From: Gammaproteobacteria bacterium
Lineage (GTDB): Bacteria; Pseudomonadota; Gammaproteobacteria; Steroidobacterales; PWYM01
Direction of reading: 5' to 3'
Length of the DNA: 64,000 bases
Assembly: GCA_007693855.1 (NCBI GenBank)
Contig: RECU01000035.1
Span: 11,600 to 75,599 of the forward strand
Shown: piece by piece, positions 48,218 through 58,900 of the stretch
Layout of the letters: each line of letters starts with the position of its first letter
Position numbering within the stretch: the stretch's first letter is position 1
Translations under genes and position numbers: made by a program
Notes under the pieces: model-generated
What the model saw: the letters and a program-made list of their open reading frames with translations, nothing else
Database searches by the model: none
What the model was told of the DNA's origin: nothing

Positions 48218-51200
48218 ATGACCAGACGACTGCTGGCCACCATGGCTGTTATGGCCATGGCTGTGCAAACCCTGTACGCCGCCGAATCCACCACACCCGT
48301 CCAGGGGGTGCGCGAACAGCCCCCGCGCTGGCATGCGTTGGTGAACGCCCGCGTCCATGTCGCGCCGGGAGAGGTGCTCGAGCAGGCGACGGTGGTGCTG
48401 CGCGATGGCCGCATCGTCGCGGTCGGCCCCGCGGTCACCGCACCGGAGGGCGCGCGGGTCTGGGATCTGGAAGGCGCGCAGGTGTATGCAGGCTTCATCG
48501 AGCCTTCCCGCCCACTGACGGAGGCACCAGCCCGCCCCGATGGCCCCGGGCACTGGAATCCGCGCATCACCCCGGAGCGCCAGGCCGCCGGTCTTCCCGG
48601 CGTCGATGCCGAGGCGCTGGATGGCCTGCGCGGGCTCGGCTTCACGCTGGCCAAGTTCGCTCCGGCGCAGGGCATTCTCCGCGGCGAAGGCGCGCTCGCG
48701 CACCTGGCGCCGGCGAACGAACGGCCGCTTCAGCCCGGCACCCGCGTGCTCGGGGTGCCGGCACTGGCCCACGCGGCCTTCGAGTTCGGCGGCTGGCCGA
48801 ACCGCGACTATCCGACCTCGCTGATGGGGGCCATGGCGCTGCTGCGCCAGGCCTTGATCGACGCCCGCTGGCATGACGAGGCCTCGGCGCGCTGGACGCG
48901 CGATGCGGCCGCCGTGCGCCCGGAGCGTAACCTCGCCCTGGAGGCCCTGCGGCCGGTCACGTCCGGGCAGCAGCGGGTGCTGTTCAGCACTCGCGACGAA
49001 CTCGACTACGCACGCATCCAGGGGCTGGCCGGCGAATTCGAGCTGGACGTCGCCCTGCTGGGTAACGGTCATGAATATCGCCAGGCGACGCTGCTGGCCG
49101 AGGCCGGACTGCCAGTGGTGATCCCCCTGGCCTTTCCCGAGGTGCCACCGGTGGAGCGGGTCGAGAGTGCCGACGACATCAGCCTCGCGGCACTCTCGCA
49201 CTGGGAACTGGCGCCGTCCAACGCGGCCTTCCTGGCCGAGGCGGGGGTGGAGTTCTCGTTCACCAGCGACGGCCTTCAGCGGCCCGCCGAGGCCTTCTGG
49301 CCGGCGCTCCGCGAGGCGGTCCGCCGCGGGCTGCCCCCCGAGCAGGCGCTGGCCGGTCTGACGCGACACCCGGCGCGACTGCTGGGCGTGGACGACCGCC
49401 TGGGCGAGGTCCGTCCCGGTCGGCTGGCGTACCTCACAATCTTCGATGGCAACCCGTTCACCGACACCCACGCCCGCCTGCGGATGACCGTGATCGATGG
49501 TGAGCCGGTGCTGGCCGAGTCGGCACGTCGTGAGGACCCCCGTGGCAGCTGGCGTCTGGTGCATGCCGAGGGCAGCCTGGAGTTCTCGCTCAGTGGCCCG
49601 GACCGCCGTCTGCGCGCGGAACTCGACGACGGCACACGCTTCGACGGGCGGCTGGACGATGGCCGGCTGCTGCTGCAACCGCCTGCCAGCCTGTTCGGTT
49701 TCGATGAGGGGCTTGCGCGGCTCTCCGCCGAACCGCTGGCGGGGCGTCTCGAGGGCTTGCTGGCCCTCCCCGACGGCCGCCACCTGCGCATCCGTGGCGA
49801 GCGCACCGCGCCGGCGCCTGCGCCGGAAGTCCAAGTCCCCACCCTGCCGGTGCCGGCCCTGGTCGTACCCCGGTATCCGGCCGGGGCCTTCGGTGTGGCG
49901 GCGGATGCGCACGCGGACGCCCCGCGCAGCGTGCTGTTCGTCAATGCCACCGTCTGGACCATGGGCGAGCCGGGGGTGCTCGAGGGGGGTGAGGTGCTGG
50001 TGCGTGATGCGCGCATCGCGGCGGTCGGGCGTGATCTGCGGGCGCCAGCCGGTACGCTGCGCATCGATCTCGCCGGCCGCCACCTGACCCCCGGCCTGAT
50101 CGACGCGCATTCACACAGCGCCATCAGCGGTGGCGTGAACGAGGCCTCGGATTCCAACACCACCGAGGTACGCATCGCGGATGTCATCGACCCCACCGAT
50201 ATCGCGCTGTACCGACAGCTCGCCGGCGGGGTGACGACCCTCCACATGCTGCACGGCTCGGCCAACACCATGGGCGGGCAGAACGAGATCATCAAGCTGC
50301 GCTGGGGCCAGGGGGCCGAGGCGATGCGCTTCGCCGGGGTCAAGCCCGGCGTGAAATTCGCCCTCGGCGAGAACGTCAAGCAGAGCAACTGGGCCTCGGA
50401 CGGGACCCGCTATCCGCAGACCCGCATGGGCGTGGAGCAGTTTCTGATCGACCAGTTCGAGGCGGCCCGCGAGTACGGCGAGCGCCTCGAGCAGGCACGC
50501 CGTACCCGTGGCGCGGTGCCGCCGCGGCGTGACCTTCGCCTGGAGGCCACCCTGGAGATCCTGCGTGGCGAGCGGCTGGTGCACATCCACTCCTATCGCC
50601 AGGACGAGATCCTGATGTTCGCGCGGTTGGCCGAGACCTACGGCCTGCAGGTCGGCACCTTCCAGCACGTGCTGGAAGGCTACAAGGTGGCCGATGCCAT
50701 CGCGCGTATCGACGCCGGTGCCTCGGCGTTCAGCGACTGGTGGGCGTTCAAGGCCGAGGCCTGGGATGCGATCCCGCATAACGTCGCGCTGATGACGCGC
50801 GCCGGGGTGTTGAGTTCGCTGAACTCCGACGACAACGAACTGGCCCGCCGGCTGAACACCGAAGCGGCGAAGGCGGTGCGCCACGGCGGCATGGACGAGG
50901 TGGCGGCGTTCGCGCTGGTGACCCTCAACCCCGCCCGCCAGCTGCGGATCGACGACCGGGTCGGGGCCATCGCGCCCGGCATGGATGCTGACCTGGTGGT
51001 GTGGAACGCCCATCCGCTGTCCACCTTCGCCCGGGTCGAGGAAACCTGGATCGACGGCCGGCGGGTCTTCGATCTCGATCGTGATCTCGAGGCCCGTCGT
51101 GAGGCCGCCGCCGAACGTGAGCGGCTGATGGCGCTGGCGTTGGCGGCGGCACGCGACGCCCGCCCGCAGGGTCAGGCGCGTACCGAGGGCAACAACGCAC

Positions 51201-51328
51201 CCGGCGCAGCCGTCCAGGGTGTGCTGCGTCGCCTGTGGCTCGACCATGCCGAGGCGCATCTGCACCAGTACCGGGATCTCTATCACGACGGCAGCAATGC
51301 GCTGACCTGTACCGCGGAGGGGCACTGA
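48218..51328 (+). CDS. large secreted two-domain amidohydrolase (degenerate N-terminal domain plus canonical C-terminal domain)
   Basis: 1036 aa from the ATG at 48218, with a signal peptide. The N-domain has 'YAGFIEPS' where PGxIDxHxH is expected (48488-48508). The C-domain has 'LTPGLIDAHSHSAISGG' (HSH codons at 50108-50116). Confidence 0.8.
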   Translation: MTRRLLATMAVMAMAVQTLYAAESTTPVQGVREQPPRWHALVNARVHVAPGEVLEQATVVLRDGRIVAVGPAVTAPEGARVWDLEGAQVYAGFIEPSRPLTEAPARPDGPGHWNPRITPERQAAGLPGVDAEALDGLRGLGFTLAKFAPAQGILRGEGALAHLAPANERPLQPGTRVLGVPALAHAAFEFGGWPNRDYPTSLMGAMALLRQALIDARWHDEASARWTRDAAAVRPERNLALEALRPVTSGQQRVLFSTRDELDYARIQGLAGEFELDVALLGNGHEYRQATLLAEAGLPVVIPLAFPEVPPVERVESADDISLAALSHWELAPSNAAFLAEAGVEFSFTSDGLQRPAEAFWPALREAVRRGLPPEQALAGLTRHPARLLGVDDRLGEVRPGRLAYLTIFDGNPFTDTHARLRMTVIDGEPVLAESARREDPRGSWRLVHAEGSLEFSLSGPDRRLRAELDDGTRFDGRLDDGRLLLQPPASLFGFDEGLARLSAEPLAGRLEGLLALPDGRHLRIRGERTAPAPAPEVQVPTLPVPALVVPRYPAGAFGVAADAHADAPRSVLFVNATVWTMGEPGVLEGGEVLVRDARIAAVGRDLRAPAGTLRIDLAGRHLTPGLIDAHSHSAISGGVNEASDSNTTEVRIADVIDPTDIALYRQLAGGVTTLHMLHGSANTMGGQNEIIKLRWGQGAEAMRFAGVKPGVKFALGENVKQSNWASDGTRYPQTRMGVEQFLIDQFEAAREYGERLEQARRTRGAVPPRRDLRLEATLEILRGERLVHIHSYRQDEILMFARLAETYGLQVGTFQHVLEGYKVADAIARIDAGASAFSDWWAFKAEAWDAIPHNVALMTRAGVLSSLNSDDNELARRLNTEAAKAVRHGGMDEVAAFALVTLNPARQLRIDDRVGAIAPGMDADLVVWNAHPLSTFARVEETWIDGRRVFDLDRDLEARREAAAERERLMALALAAARDARPQGQARTEGNNAPGAAVQGVLRRLWLDHAEAHLHQYRDLYHDGSNALTCTAEGH

Positions 51329-52716
51329 TGAGCATCGATATCCGCCTGTCGCGCGCGCGCCTCGGCGTGGCGCTCGGGGTCTGTGTCCTGGCCGCAGCAC
51401 TCGCCGCGGCATCGGCCGCCGGGGCCGAACTCAGTGTGCCGGCGCCGCCGCAGCAACAGCCGATCCTGCTCGAAGGCGGGACGGTACACACGGTCAGCGG
51501 TGCGAGCATCGAGGCGGGTCGCCTGCTGTTTGCCGAGGGCCGCATCCTCGCCGTCGCCGGCCCTGACGAGGCACTCGAACTGCCGGAGGGCACGCAGCGG
51601 GTCGATCTCGCCGGCCGACACGTGTACCCGGGGCTGATCTCCGCCAACACCGTGTTGGGTCTGGTGGAAATCGACACGGTGCGCGGCACCGTCGACGTCG
51701 CCGAGACCGGCGTGATGAACCCCAACGTCCGCGCCGAGGTGGCGGTGAATCCCGCGAGCGAACTGTTTGGCGTGACCCGTGCCGCGGGTATCCTGACGGC
51801 GCTGACCGTGCCCCAGGCGGGACGGGACGGCCTGCTCGGCGGGCGCTCGGCCCTGCTGCGGCTCGACGGCTGGACCTGGGAGGACATGACGCTGCAGTCT
51901 GGCGTGGGCATGCACGTGTTCTGGCCGACGGAACGGGCTGCCGGCTTCGGTGCCGTCGGCGTCGATTCGCCCGAAGCGCGCCGGCGGGCTGCTGAAGCGC
52001 GTGTGGATCAGCTTGACGAGTTCTTCGCCCGTGCGCGCGCGTACCGCGAGGCCCGTGCAGCCGATCCGGCGCTGCCGCGTGACCTGCGCCTGGAGGCGCT
52101 GGCGCCGGTACTGTCCCGCGAGATGCCGCTGGTGGTGCACGCCGATGAGCTGCGCCAGATCGAGGCCGCGCTGAATTTCGTCGAGCGGCACGCGCTGCGA
52201 CTGGTGCTGGTCGGTGGCTACGACGCCTGGCGGCTGACCGAGCGACTGCGCGAACTCGACGCCGCGGTGATCGTCTCCTCGGTGCATCGCCTGCCATTGC
52301 GCCGCCATGAGCCCTTCGACACGCCGTTCGTCCTGCCGCTGAAGCTGCACGAGGCCGGCGTGCCGTTCGCCATTGCACGGGTGGCGACCACCTTCGCCTC
52401 GGCCCACGAGCGCAATCTGCCGTTCGAGGCGGCCACGGCGGCGGCCTTCGGCCTGCCTCGCGAAGAGGCCCTGCGGGCGATCACGCTGTATCCGGCGCAG
52501 ATCTTCGGCGTGGACGACCGCATCGGTGCGCTGGCCCCGGGGCTGCAGGCGACGCTGATCGTCACCGACGGGGATCCATTGGAAATCACCACCCAGATCG
52601 AGCGTGCCTGGATCGACGGGCGCGAGATCGATCTCGCCAGCCGGCATACGCGGCTATACGAGCGGTATCGGCAGCGCTACGAAGGACCGGCCGCCGTGCA
52701 GGAGGCCCGCCCGTGA
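51328..52716 (+). CDS. amidohydrolase-family protein with a degenerate HxH metal motif
   Basis: 462 aa with a signal peptide. 'YPGLISANTVLG' has S-A-N (51640-51648) in place of H-x-H. The start ATG shares 1 nt with the upstream TGA (TGATG at 51326-51330). GGAGGGG RBS. Confidence 0.8.
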   Translation: MSIDIRLSRARLGVALGVCVLAAALAAASAAGAELSVPAPPQQQPILLEGGTVHTVSGASIEAGRLLFAEGRILAVAGPDEALELPEGTQRVDLAGRHVYPGLISANTVLGLVEIDTVRGTVDVAETGVMNPNVRAEVAVNPASELFGVTRAAGILTALTVPQAGRDGLLGGRSALLRLDGWTWEDMTLQSGVGMHVFWPTERAAGFGAVGVDSPEARRRAAEARVDQLDEFFARARAYREARAADPALPRDLRLEALAPVLSREMPLVVHADELRQIEAALNFVERHALRLVLVGGYDAWRLTERLRELDAAVIVSSVHRLPLRRHEPFDTPFVLPLKLHEAGVPFAIARVATTFASAHERNLPFEAATAAAFGLPREEALRAITLYPAQIFGVDDRIGALAPGLQATLIVTDGDPLEITTQIERAWIDGREIDLASRHTRLYERYRQRYEGPAAVQEARP

Positions 52717-52729
52717 GCATTGCCAGGGA

Positions 52730-54793
52730 TCACCAGATCTTCACCCGCACGTCGTCCTCGCGATACATCCCATCTCCGGGTTCGACCCCGAACGCAGCGT
52801 AGAACTCCGGCATGTTCGACAGTACCCCGATGACGCGGTAGCGCCCCGGCGAATGCGGGCCAGTCATCAGCTGCCGGCGCAGCGCCTCTTCGCGCTGGAC
52901 GATGCGCCAGACCTGGCCCCAGCCGAGGAACACCCGCTGGCTGCCCGTGAAGCCGTCGATGACCGGTGCGGGCTGTCGGCCCAGCGACAGCTGGTAGGCC
53001 CGGTAGGCGACCGTGAGTCCGCCGAGATCGGCGATGTTCTCGCCGAGCGATAAGGCGCCGTTGATGTTCATGCCCTCGACCGGCTCGTAGGCGCTGTACT
53101 GGTCGATCATCAACTGCGCGCGGGCGCGGAATTGCGCCTCGTCTTCTTCTGTCCACCAGTCGCGCAGGTTGCCCTCGCCGTCGGAGCGCCGGCCCTGGTC
53201 GTCGAAGCCGTGGGTGATCTCGTGGCCGATCACCGCACCGATCGCGCCATAGTTGACGGCATCGTCGGCATCCACGTTGAAGAACGGCGGCTGCAGGATG
53301 GCGGCCGGGAAGACGATCTCGTTCATCGTCGAGCTGTAGTAGGCGTTGACCGTCTGCGGCGTCATGAACCACTCGTCACGATCGACCGGCTGGCCGAGGC
53401 GCTCGACGTTGCGCGTGTGCTCGCAGGCGCGGCTGCGGTGGACGTTGCCGACGAGATCCGTGGGGTCGATCTCCAGGCAGTCGTAATCACGCCAGACGTC
53501 GGGATAGCCGATCTTGGTGTTGAAGCGCGCGAGCTTGGCGCGGGCCTCTTCCTTGGTCGCCTCGGTCATCCAGTCGAGCTCATCGATGGCCTCGCCGAAG
53601 GCGAGCTTGATGTTGGCCACCATGGCGTCCATGCGGGCCTTGGCCTCAGGCTGGAAGTGGCGGGCGACGTACTCCTGGCCGACCGCGAAACCGAGCAGGC
53701 GCTGTACCAGCGCCACGGCGCGCTTCTCGCGCGGGCGCATCTCCGGCTGGCCGTTGAGGATGCGCCCGTAGAAGTCGAAGTTCTCCTCGACGAAGGCGGC
53801 CGGCAGATAGCCCGCATGACTGCGCAGCAGATGGAAGCGGTGATAGTCCTGCCAGTCGGCGATCGGGGTATCGGCCTGCAGCGTCGCCAGCGCCGTCAGG
53901 TAGTCGGGCTGGCGCACGACGAGCGCGTCGATACCGCTGACATCACCGGCGGCCAGCCAGCCTGCCCAGTCGAAGCCCGGTGCCAGCGTCGCGAGTTCGT
54001 CGAGCGGCAGCAGGTTGTAGGTCAGCGTGCGGTCGCGGTTCTGCACGCGGGTCCAGTGGGCCTGCGCGAGACGCGTTTCCAGCGCAACGATCCGCTCGGC
54101 GGCGTCCTCCGGGGCCTCGTGCCCGGCGAGCTCGAGCATGCGTGCGACATGTCTGCGATAGCGCGCGAGCAGGGTCTGCGAGCGCTCGTCCTCGCCGAGA
54201 TAGAACTCCCGGTCCGGCAGCCCGAGCCCGCTCTGGCCGACCTGGGTGATGTAGCGGTCGGCCTGGCCCTGGTCCTGGCCAACGCTGAAGGTCACGGGTG
54301 CGCCGGCGCCCGCACGACGGCTGTTGCCCCAGAATGCCGCCAGTGCGGCGGGCGAGTCCAGGGCATCGATGGCGGCCATCAGCTCGGCCAGCGGTTCGAC
54401 ACCGCGTGCCTCGATCGTCGCCTCATCCATGAACGCGTTGAACAGGTCACCGATCTTGCGCCGCTCGGAGCCGGCGGGTGCGTCCGTGTCGGCTGCCGCC
54501 TCGGTGACGATCGCGAGCACCTGCTGTTCGGCGGCTTCGGCCAGTTCGTCGAAGCTGCCCCAGCGGGCCCGGTCGCCCGGAATTTCGGCCTCGGCCAGCC
54601 AGCCGCCGTTGACGAACTCGAAGAAGTCGTCCTGTGGCCGGACATCACGGTCCATGTTCTCCAGGTCGACACCCAGCCCCAGCGGGGGCGGTGCGGCAGC
54701 GGTGTCGACGGTGCCGGCCGCGGGGGGTGGGGGCTCACCACAGGCAGCCAGCAGCGTGGCGACACAGGCGGTAGCGATCAGACGTCCAGTCAT
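52730..54793 (-). CDS. M13-family zinc metallopeptidase (PepO / endothelin-converting-enzyme-like), lipoprotein
   Basis: 687 aa. Lipobox 'LLAAC', zinc motif 'VIGHEITHGFDDQG', and the downstream 'GENIADLGG'. Confidence 0.9.
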   Translation of the reverse strand: MTGRLIATACVATLLAACGEPPPPAAGTVDTAAAPPPLGLGVDLENMDRDVRPQDDFFEFVNGGWLAEAEIPGDRARWGSFDELAEAAEQQVLAIVTEAAADTDAPAGSERRKIGDLFNAFMDEATIEARGVEPLAELMAAIDALDSPAALAAFWGNSRRAGAGAPVTFSVGQDQGQADRYITQVGQSGLGLPDREFYLGEDERSQTLLARYRRHVARMLELAGHEAPEDAAERIVALETRLAQAHWTRVQNRDRTLTYNLLPLDELATLAPGFDWAGWLAAGDVSGIDALVVRQPDYLTALATLQADTPIADWQDYHRFHLLRSHAGYLPAAFVEENFDFYGRILNGQPEMRPREKRAVALVQRLLGFAVGQEYVARHFQPEAKARMDAMVANIKLAFGEAIDELDWMTEATKEEARAKLARFNTKIGYPDVWRDYDCLEIDPTDLVGNVHRSRACEHTRNVERLGQPVDRDEWFMTPQTVNAYYSSTMNEIVFPAAILQPPFFNVDADDAVNYGAIGAVIGHEITHGFDDQGRRSDGEGNLRDWWTEEDEAQFRARAQLMIDQYSAYEPVEGMNINGALSLGENIADLGGLTVAYRAYQLSLGRQPAPVIDGFTGSQRVFLGWGQVWRIVQREEALRRQLMTGPHSPGRYRVIGVLSNMPEFYAAFGVEPGDGMYREDDVRVKIW

Positions 54794-54867
54794 CGTTCAG
54801 TGGTCCTCGGTCTCTCAGGGTGAACAGGGTGTCCACGCCGGCCCGCTGCCGGCGCAGGCTGAAGAAG

Positions 54868-55431
54868 TCATGCTGGAGCGGGGATGCGAACGTAGCCGAA
54901 GCGCGCGGGCACGCGGGCCTTCGGCAGTCGCTCGACCAGGATGTGCTGCCCCGCCCAGTCCAGGGACAGGATCGGCTGTGTTCGGTCGTCGCTTGCAGCC
55001 AGCGACTCGAAGCTGAGCGGCGTGCCGTCAGGCCCGCGCAGGCGATCGGCCAGCTCGAGCAGCGCGGTGCCTGACACCAGGCCCGCGCCGCGGCTCGTGC
55101 CGAGGACCAGGTTGCCCTCTTCGTCGAGGTTCCCCGTGCCGTCGAGCGTGACGGTCTCACCGAGGTGGTCGCGCAGTTGCCCCTGTGTGTCGACATGCAG
55201 CACCCACGGCGCATGGTCGAGTTCGACGAATACGCGTTGCGGGCCGTTCTGGAAGTACCAGGCGCCGTGTTCGTCGGCCAGGTAATTGCGACCGATGAAC
55301 TCGGCCAGGCGGCGGTTGCCGATCAACTGACCCTCGAGCCGCCAGCGGCCGGCCTCGTCGAGCCGCAGCCACCCGTAGGCGGCTGGCACGTTCGGCCAGC
55401 GCCGCATGGCCTGGAGGACCCGCGCATCCAT
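54868..55431 (-). CDS. conserved hypothetical protein (N-terminal '[21 protein letters not shown]' motif; DUF-type, family name not recalled with certainty)
   Basis: 187 aa with host-like codon usage. It runs in the same direction as the M13 peptidase gene, 74 nt upstream of it. Confidence 0.5.
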   Translation of the reverse strand: MDARVLQAMRRWPNVPAAYGWLRLDEAGRWRLEGQLIGNRRLAEFIGRNYLADEHGAWYFQNGPQRVFVELDHAPWVLHVDTQGQLRDHLGETVTLDGTGNLDEEGNLVLGTSRGAGLVSGTALLELADRLRGPDGTPLSFESLAASDDRTQPILSLDWAGQHILVERLPKARVPARFGYVRIPAPA

Positions 55432-55487
55432 CAGCGGGCCTGCGATTGCGCTATCATTTCAGGGACTTCCGTCGAGGACTGTGGGAC

Positions 55488-55937
55488 ATGACCGATTCCA
55501 TTACCGCGCGTTTTCACCTGGCGTTCCCGGTTTCCGACCTCGAAGCCGCGCGCGAGTTCTATGCCGGCCTGCTCGGCTGCCCGACGGGCCGGGAATCCGA
55601 CCACTGGATCGATTTCGATTTCCACGGCCATCAGCTGGTGGCCCACCAGGTGCCGCCTGAGGCCATGCCGGCCGTGGCGACCAACCCCGTGGACGGTGAG
55701 GCGGTGCCGGCCATGCATTTCGGCGCCGTACTGCCCTGGGACCAGTGGGAAGCACTGGCAGGGCGTCTGCGTGCGGCCGGCGTTGCCTTCGTGATCGAGC
55801 CGCAGCTGCGTTTCGAGGGCCGGAAAGGCGAGCAGGCCACGCTGTTCATCCGCGATCCCGCCGGCAATCATCTCGAGTTCAAGGCTTTCCGCGACGAGTC
55901 GCTGCTGTTCGCGAAAGACCTCTCGCCCTATACCTGA
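55488..55937 (+). CDS. VOC-family (glyoxalase/bleomycin-resistance/dioxygenase fold) protein
   Basis: 149 aa from the ATG at 55488, with '[23 protein letters not shown]' and '[13 protein letters not shown]'. Confidence 0.8.
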   Translation: MTDSITARFHLAFPVSDLEAAREFYAGLLGCPTGRESDHWIDFDFHGHQLVAHQVPPEAMPAVATNPVDGEAVPAMHFGAVLPWDQWEALAGRLRAAGVAFVIEPQLRFEGRKGEQATLFIRDPAGNHLEFKAFRDESLLFAKDLSPYT

Positions 55938-55944
55938 GCCCGGT

Positions 55945-58900
55945 TCAGTGCCGGCAGTGCCAGCCGAGCACGTGGCCCAGCTGGTGGAAGTACTCCATGG
56001 TCGCCGGCTGCCAGGCGTCGCCGCCCTGTCGCTCGAAGAAGAACGGCTGACGTTCCACCGCCTGCGGTGCGAGCTGGTGCATGGTCGCCGAGTCGTAGAG
56101 GCGGCCGTTCAGCATGGTATAGACCACGTGTTCGCTGTCGCGGATGTCGCTCAGCGGGTCGCCGTCGATGACGATGATGTCGGCAAGCTTGCCGACCTCG
56201 ATGGAGCCGATGTCCGCATCCATGCCGAAGTAGCGCGCGCCGTCGATGGTGGCGCCGCGCAGGGCGGCAAAGGGTGAGAAGCCACCCTGCACCATGATCC
56301 AGATCTCCCAGTGGGCCGCGAGGCCGGCGCGCTGGCCGTGCGCGCCGATCACCACCGGGACGCCGCGGTCGTTGAGCGCCTTGGCCATTTCGGCGACACC
56401 GATGTGGTTGTAGTGTTCGTCGGGCGCGGTCGGCCGGCGGATGGCGCGCGGCTGGACCACCGAGTGGGGCGTGAAGGCCATCAGTTTCTCGTTCTTCCAG
56501 ACTTCCGTGCGGTCGTACCAGTACTCCTCGCCCATCAGTCCGCCGAAGGCCACGCCGAACGTGGGCGAGTAGACCACGTCGGTCTGGCTCCACAGCTGCA
56601 GGATGTCCTCGTAGATCGGCTGGATGGTCAGGCTGTGCTCGATGCCGGTGTGGCCATCGACGATCTGCGAGAGGTTCTGCTCCAGACGCATGCCGCCCTC
56701 GGGGAGCACCAGGATGTCGAGCGCCTCGCCGGCGGCCAGCACCTGCTGACGCTGGTCGCGGCGCAGATAGTTGTAGCTCTTGACGGAAATCGCGCCGTGG
56801 TCGCGCTGTCGGCGGACATGGAACTCGGCGTCGGCGTAGTCGTCGATGCGGGCCGTGGCGCCGGGCAGCAGCGCGCCGTAGAGGATACGCCCGGTGGAGA
56901 ACATCCGGGGGGCGAGCAGCTGACCGCTGCGCTGCAGTTCAGCCGCCGAGAAGAACGCCCAGTTGTCGTTCGAAGGGTCATGGACGGTGGTCACGCCAAA
57001 GGCGAGTTCCGCATACTGCATCCAGTTCTGGCGCGGCTGCAGCTGATGGTTGCTCTTGGGACCGTGGGCATGGGCGTCGACCAGCCCCGGCAGCACGGTT
57101 TTGCCAGTGACGTCGAAGACCTGGTAGCCCTCCGGGATGGCGACCTCGTCGGCTGTGCCGACCGCGCGGATATGGCGACCCTCGACCAGGATGACGCCAT
57201 TGTCGATGATCTCCTCGCGGGCGTAGGCATCGCGCATGGTGACGATTCGGCCGCCCACCAGCGCGATGCGCCCCTCCGGCTGATCGCTGGCCACGCTGAA
57301 GCCGAAATCCCGGCCCTCGGTCACGGGTTCCGGCAGGGTCTCGGGCGCCCCGGCCAGGAAGGCGAAGGCATCGCTCAGCCGCCGCTCGAAGAGCTGTGCG
57401 CCGTAGGACCAGCGCAGTGTCTCGCTGTCCGCCGACCAGTGCAGGACCTCGCCGCCGCGGGCCGACACCTGGCGTACCGGGAAGGCGCTGCTGCCGGCGC
57501 CCAGCGTGATCGGTCGACCGGAACTCACGAAGGGCGCGACGTAGGTGTTGAAGTGTTCCGTGAAGGCCACCCAGCGACCGTCGGGCGAGACCCGGTATTC
57601 GGTGATCCATTCGCCAGCCAGGTGCTCGCGCTCGTCGCGACCCTCGAGATCGGTGCTGTACAGGGCGAGATGATTGCGTGCGTTCGGCCGGGCGTGGAGC
57701 AGCCGGGTGCCGTCCGCGGAAAACTGCGGTCGGGTGCCGCGGTCGAGCACGCGGCGGAGATTGCGCCCGTCGCTGTCGACACGATACAGCCCCGGGCGCT
57801 CCGACCAGGTTGGTGAGGTGAGAAAGCCGCCGGTGACCTTGCGGAATGCCACTTGGCTGCCGTCGGGTGAGAATGCGGGCTCGACGTAATGGCCTGGCGC
57901 CTCGGTCAGGACCCTGGCCCGGCCACGGCCGACCGGGGCGATACGCACCGAGCCCAGGGCCTCGTCATCGAAGGTGGTGTAGACGACATAGCGCCCATCG
58001 GGCGAGAACGCCGGATGGAACTCCCAGTGATCGTCCTGCCGGGTGAGCCGGCGGCGCTGGTCGCTCTCGAGATCATGCAGCCAGAGATGGCCCAGCGCCT
58101 GGTAGATCGCGGTGCGCCCGTCGGGGCTCAGCTGTGTCCAGCGCAGCATGCGCACGTCGAAGCGTTCGGTGTCGACCTTCACCGTACGCCGCAGGGCCGC
58201 ACGCACCTGCTTGTCGGTGCGTACGTGCACCTCGATGGCCTGATGCTCACCGTCCAGTCCGACCCGGTGAAACCGCCCGCCGGCCCAGATGACCAGCGCG
58301 TTGCCGTCGGGCAGCCAGTTGTAGCTCGGGTAGTTGCCCATGTCGCCGCTGGTTTCCTGCTTGTCGCGGTCCAGCCCGTCGAACAGCGTACGCTCGATCC
58401 CCGACTCGAGGTCCTTGAGCATCAAGCGGCTGGTCAGGGTCTCGGCATTACGGCGGATGAACGCGAGCTGTCGGCCATCAGGCGATACCTGCGGTCGGAT
58501 CGCGCCACCGGGGCCGGAGACCACGGTGTCGATCTCGCCGGTGTCGCGGTCGAGCCGGCGGATGGCGAAGATGCCGGTGTTGGCATCCCGGTTGTACTGC
58601 CAGACCCAGTCGGGGGTGATGTCCTGGCTGAAGTAGACATAGCGGCCATCGCGCGAGAAGTTCGGCTCGGCGATGTTTTTCTGTGAGCGCTCGCCGTGCA
58701 GGCGCTCGACCAGTTCCACTCCGCCGCCGCCGCCGCGGTGGTACATCCAGATCGAACCTGCCGGAATGCTCCGCTGCGACACATAGCCCTTGCGCGCGGC
58801 GATGTAGTCACCGTCCGGCGACCAGGCCGGGTTGTGCAGCAGGTGCTCGCGTTCCCGACTGACCTGCAGCGGATTGCTGCCGTCGGCATCCATGATCCAG

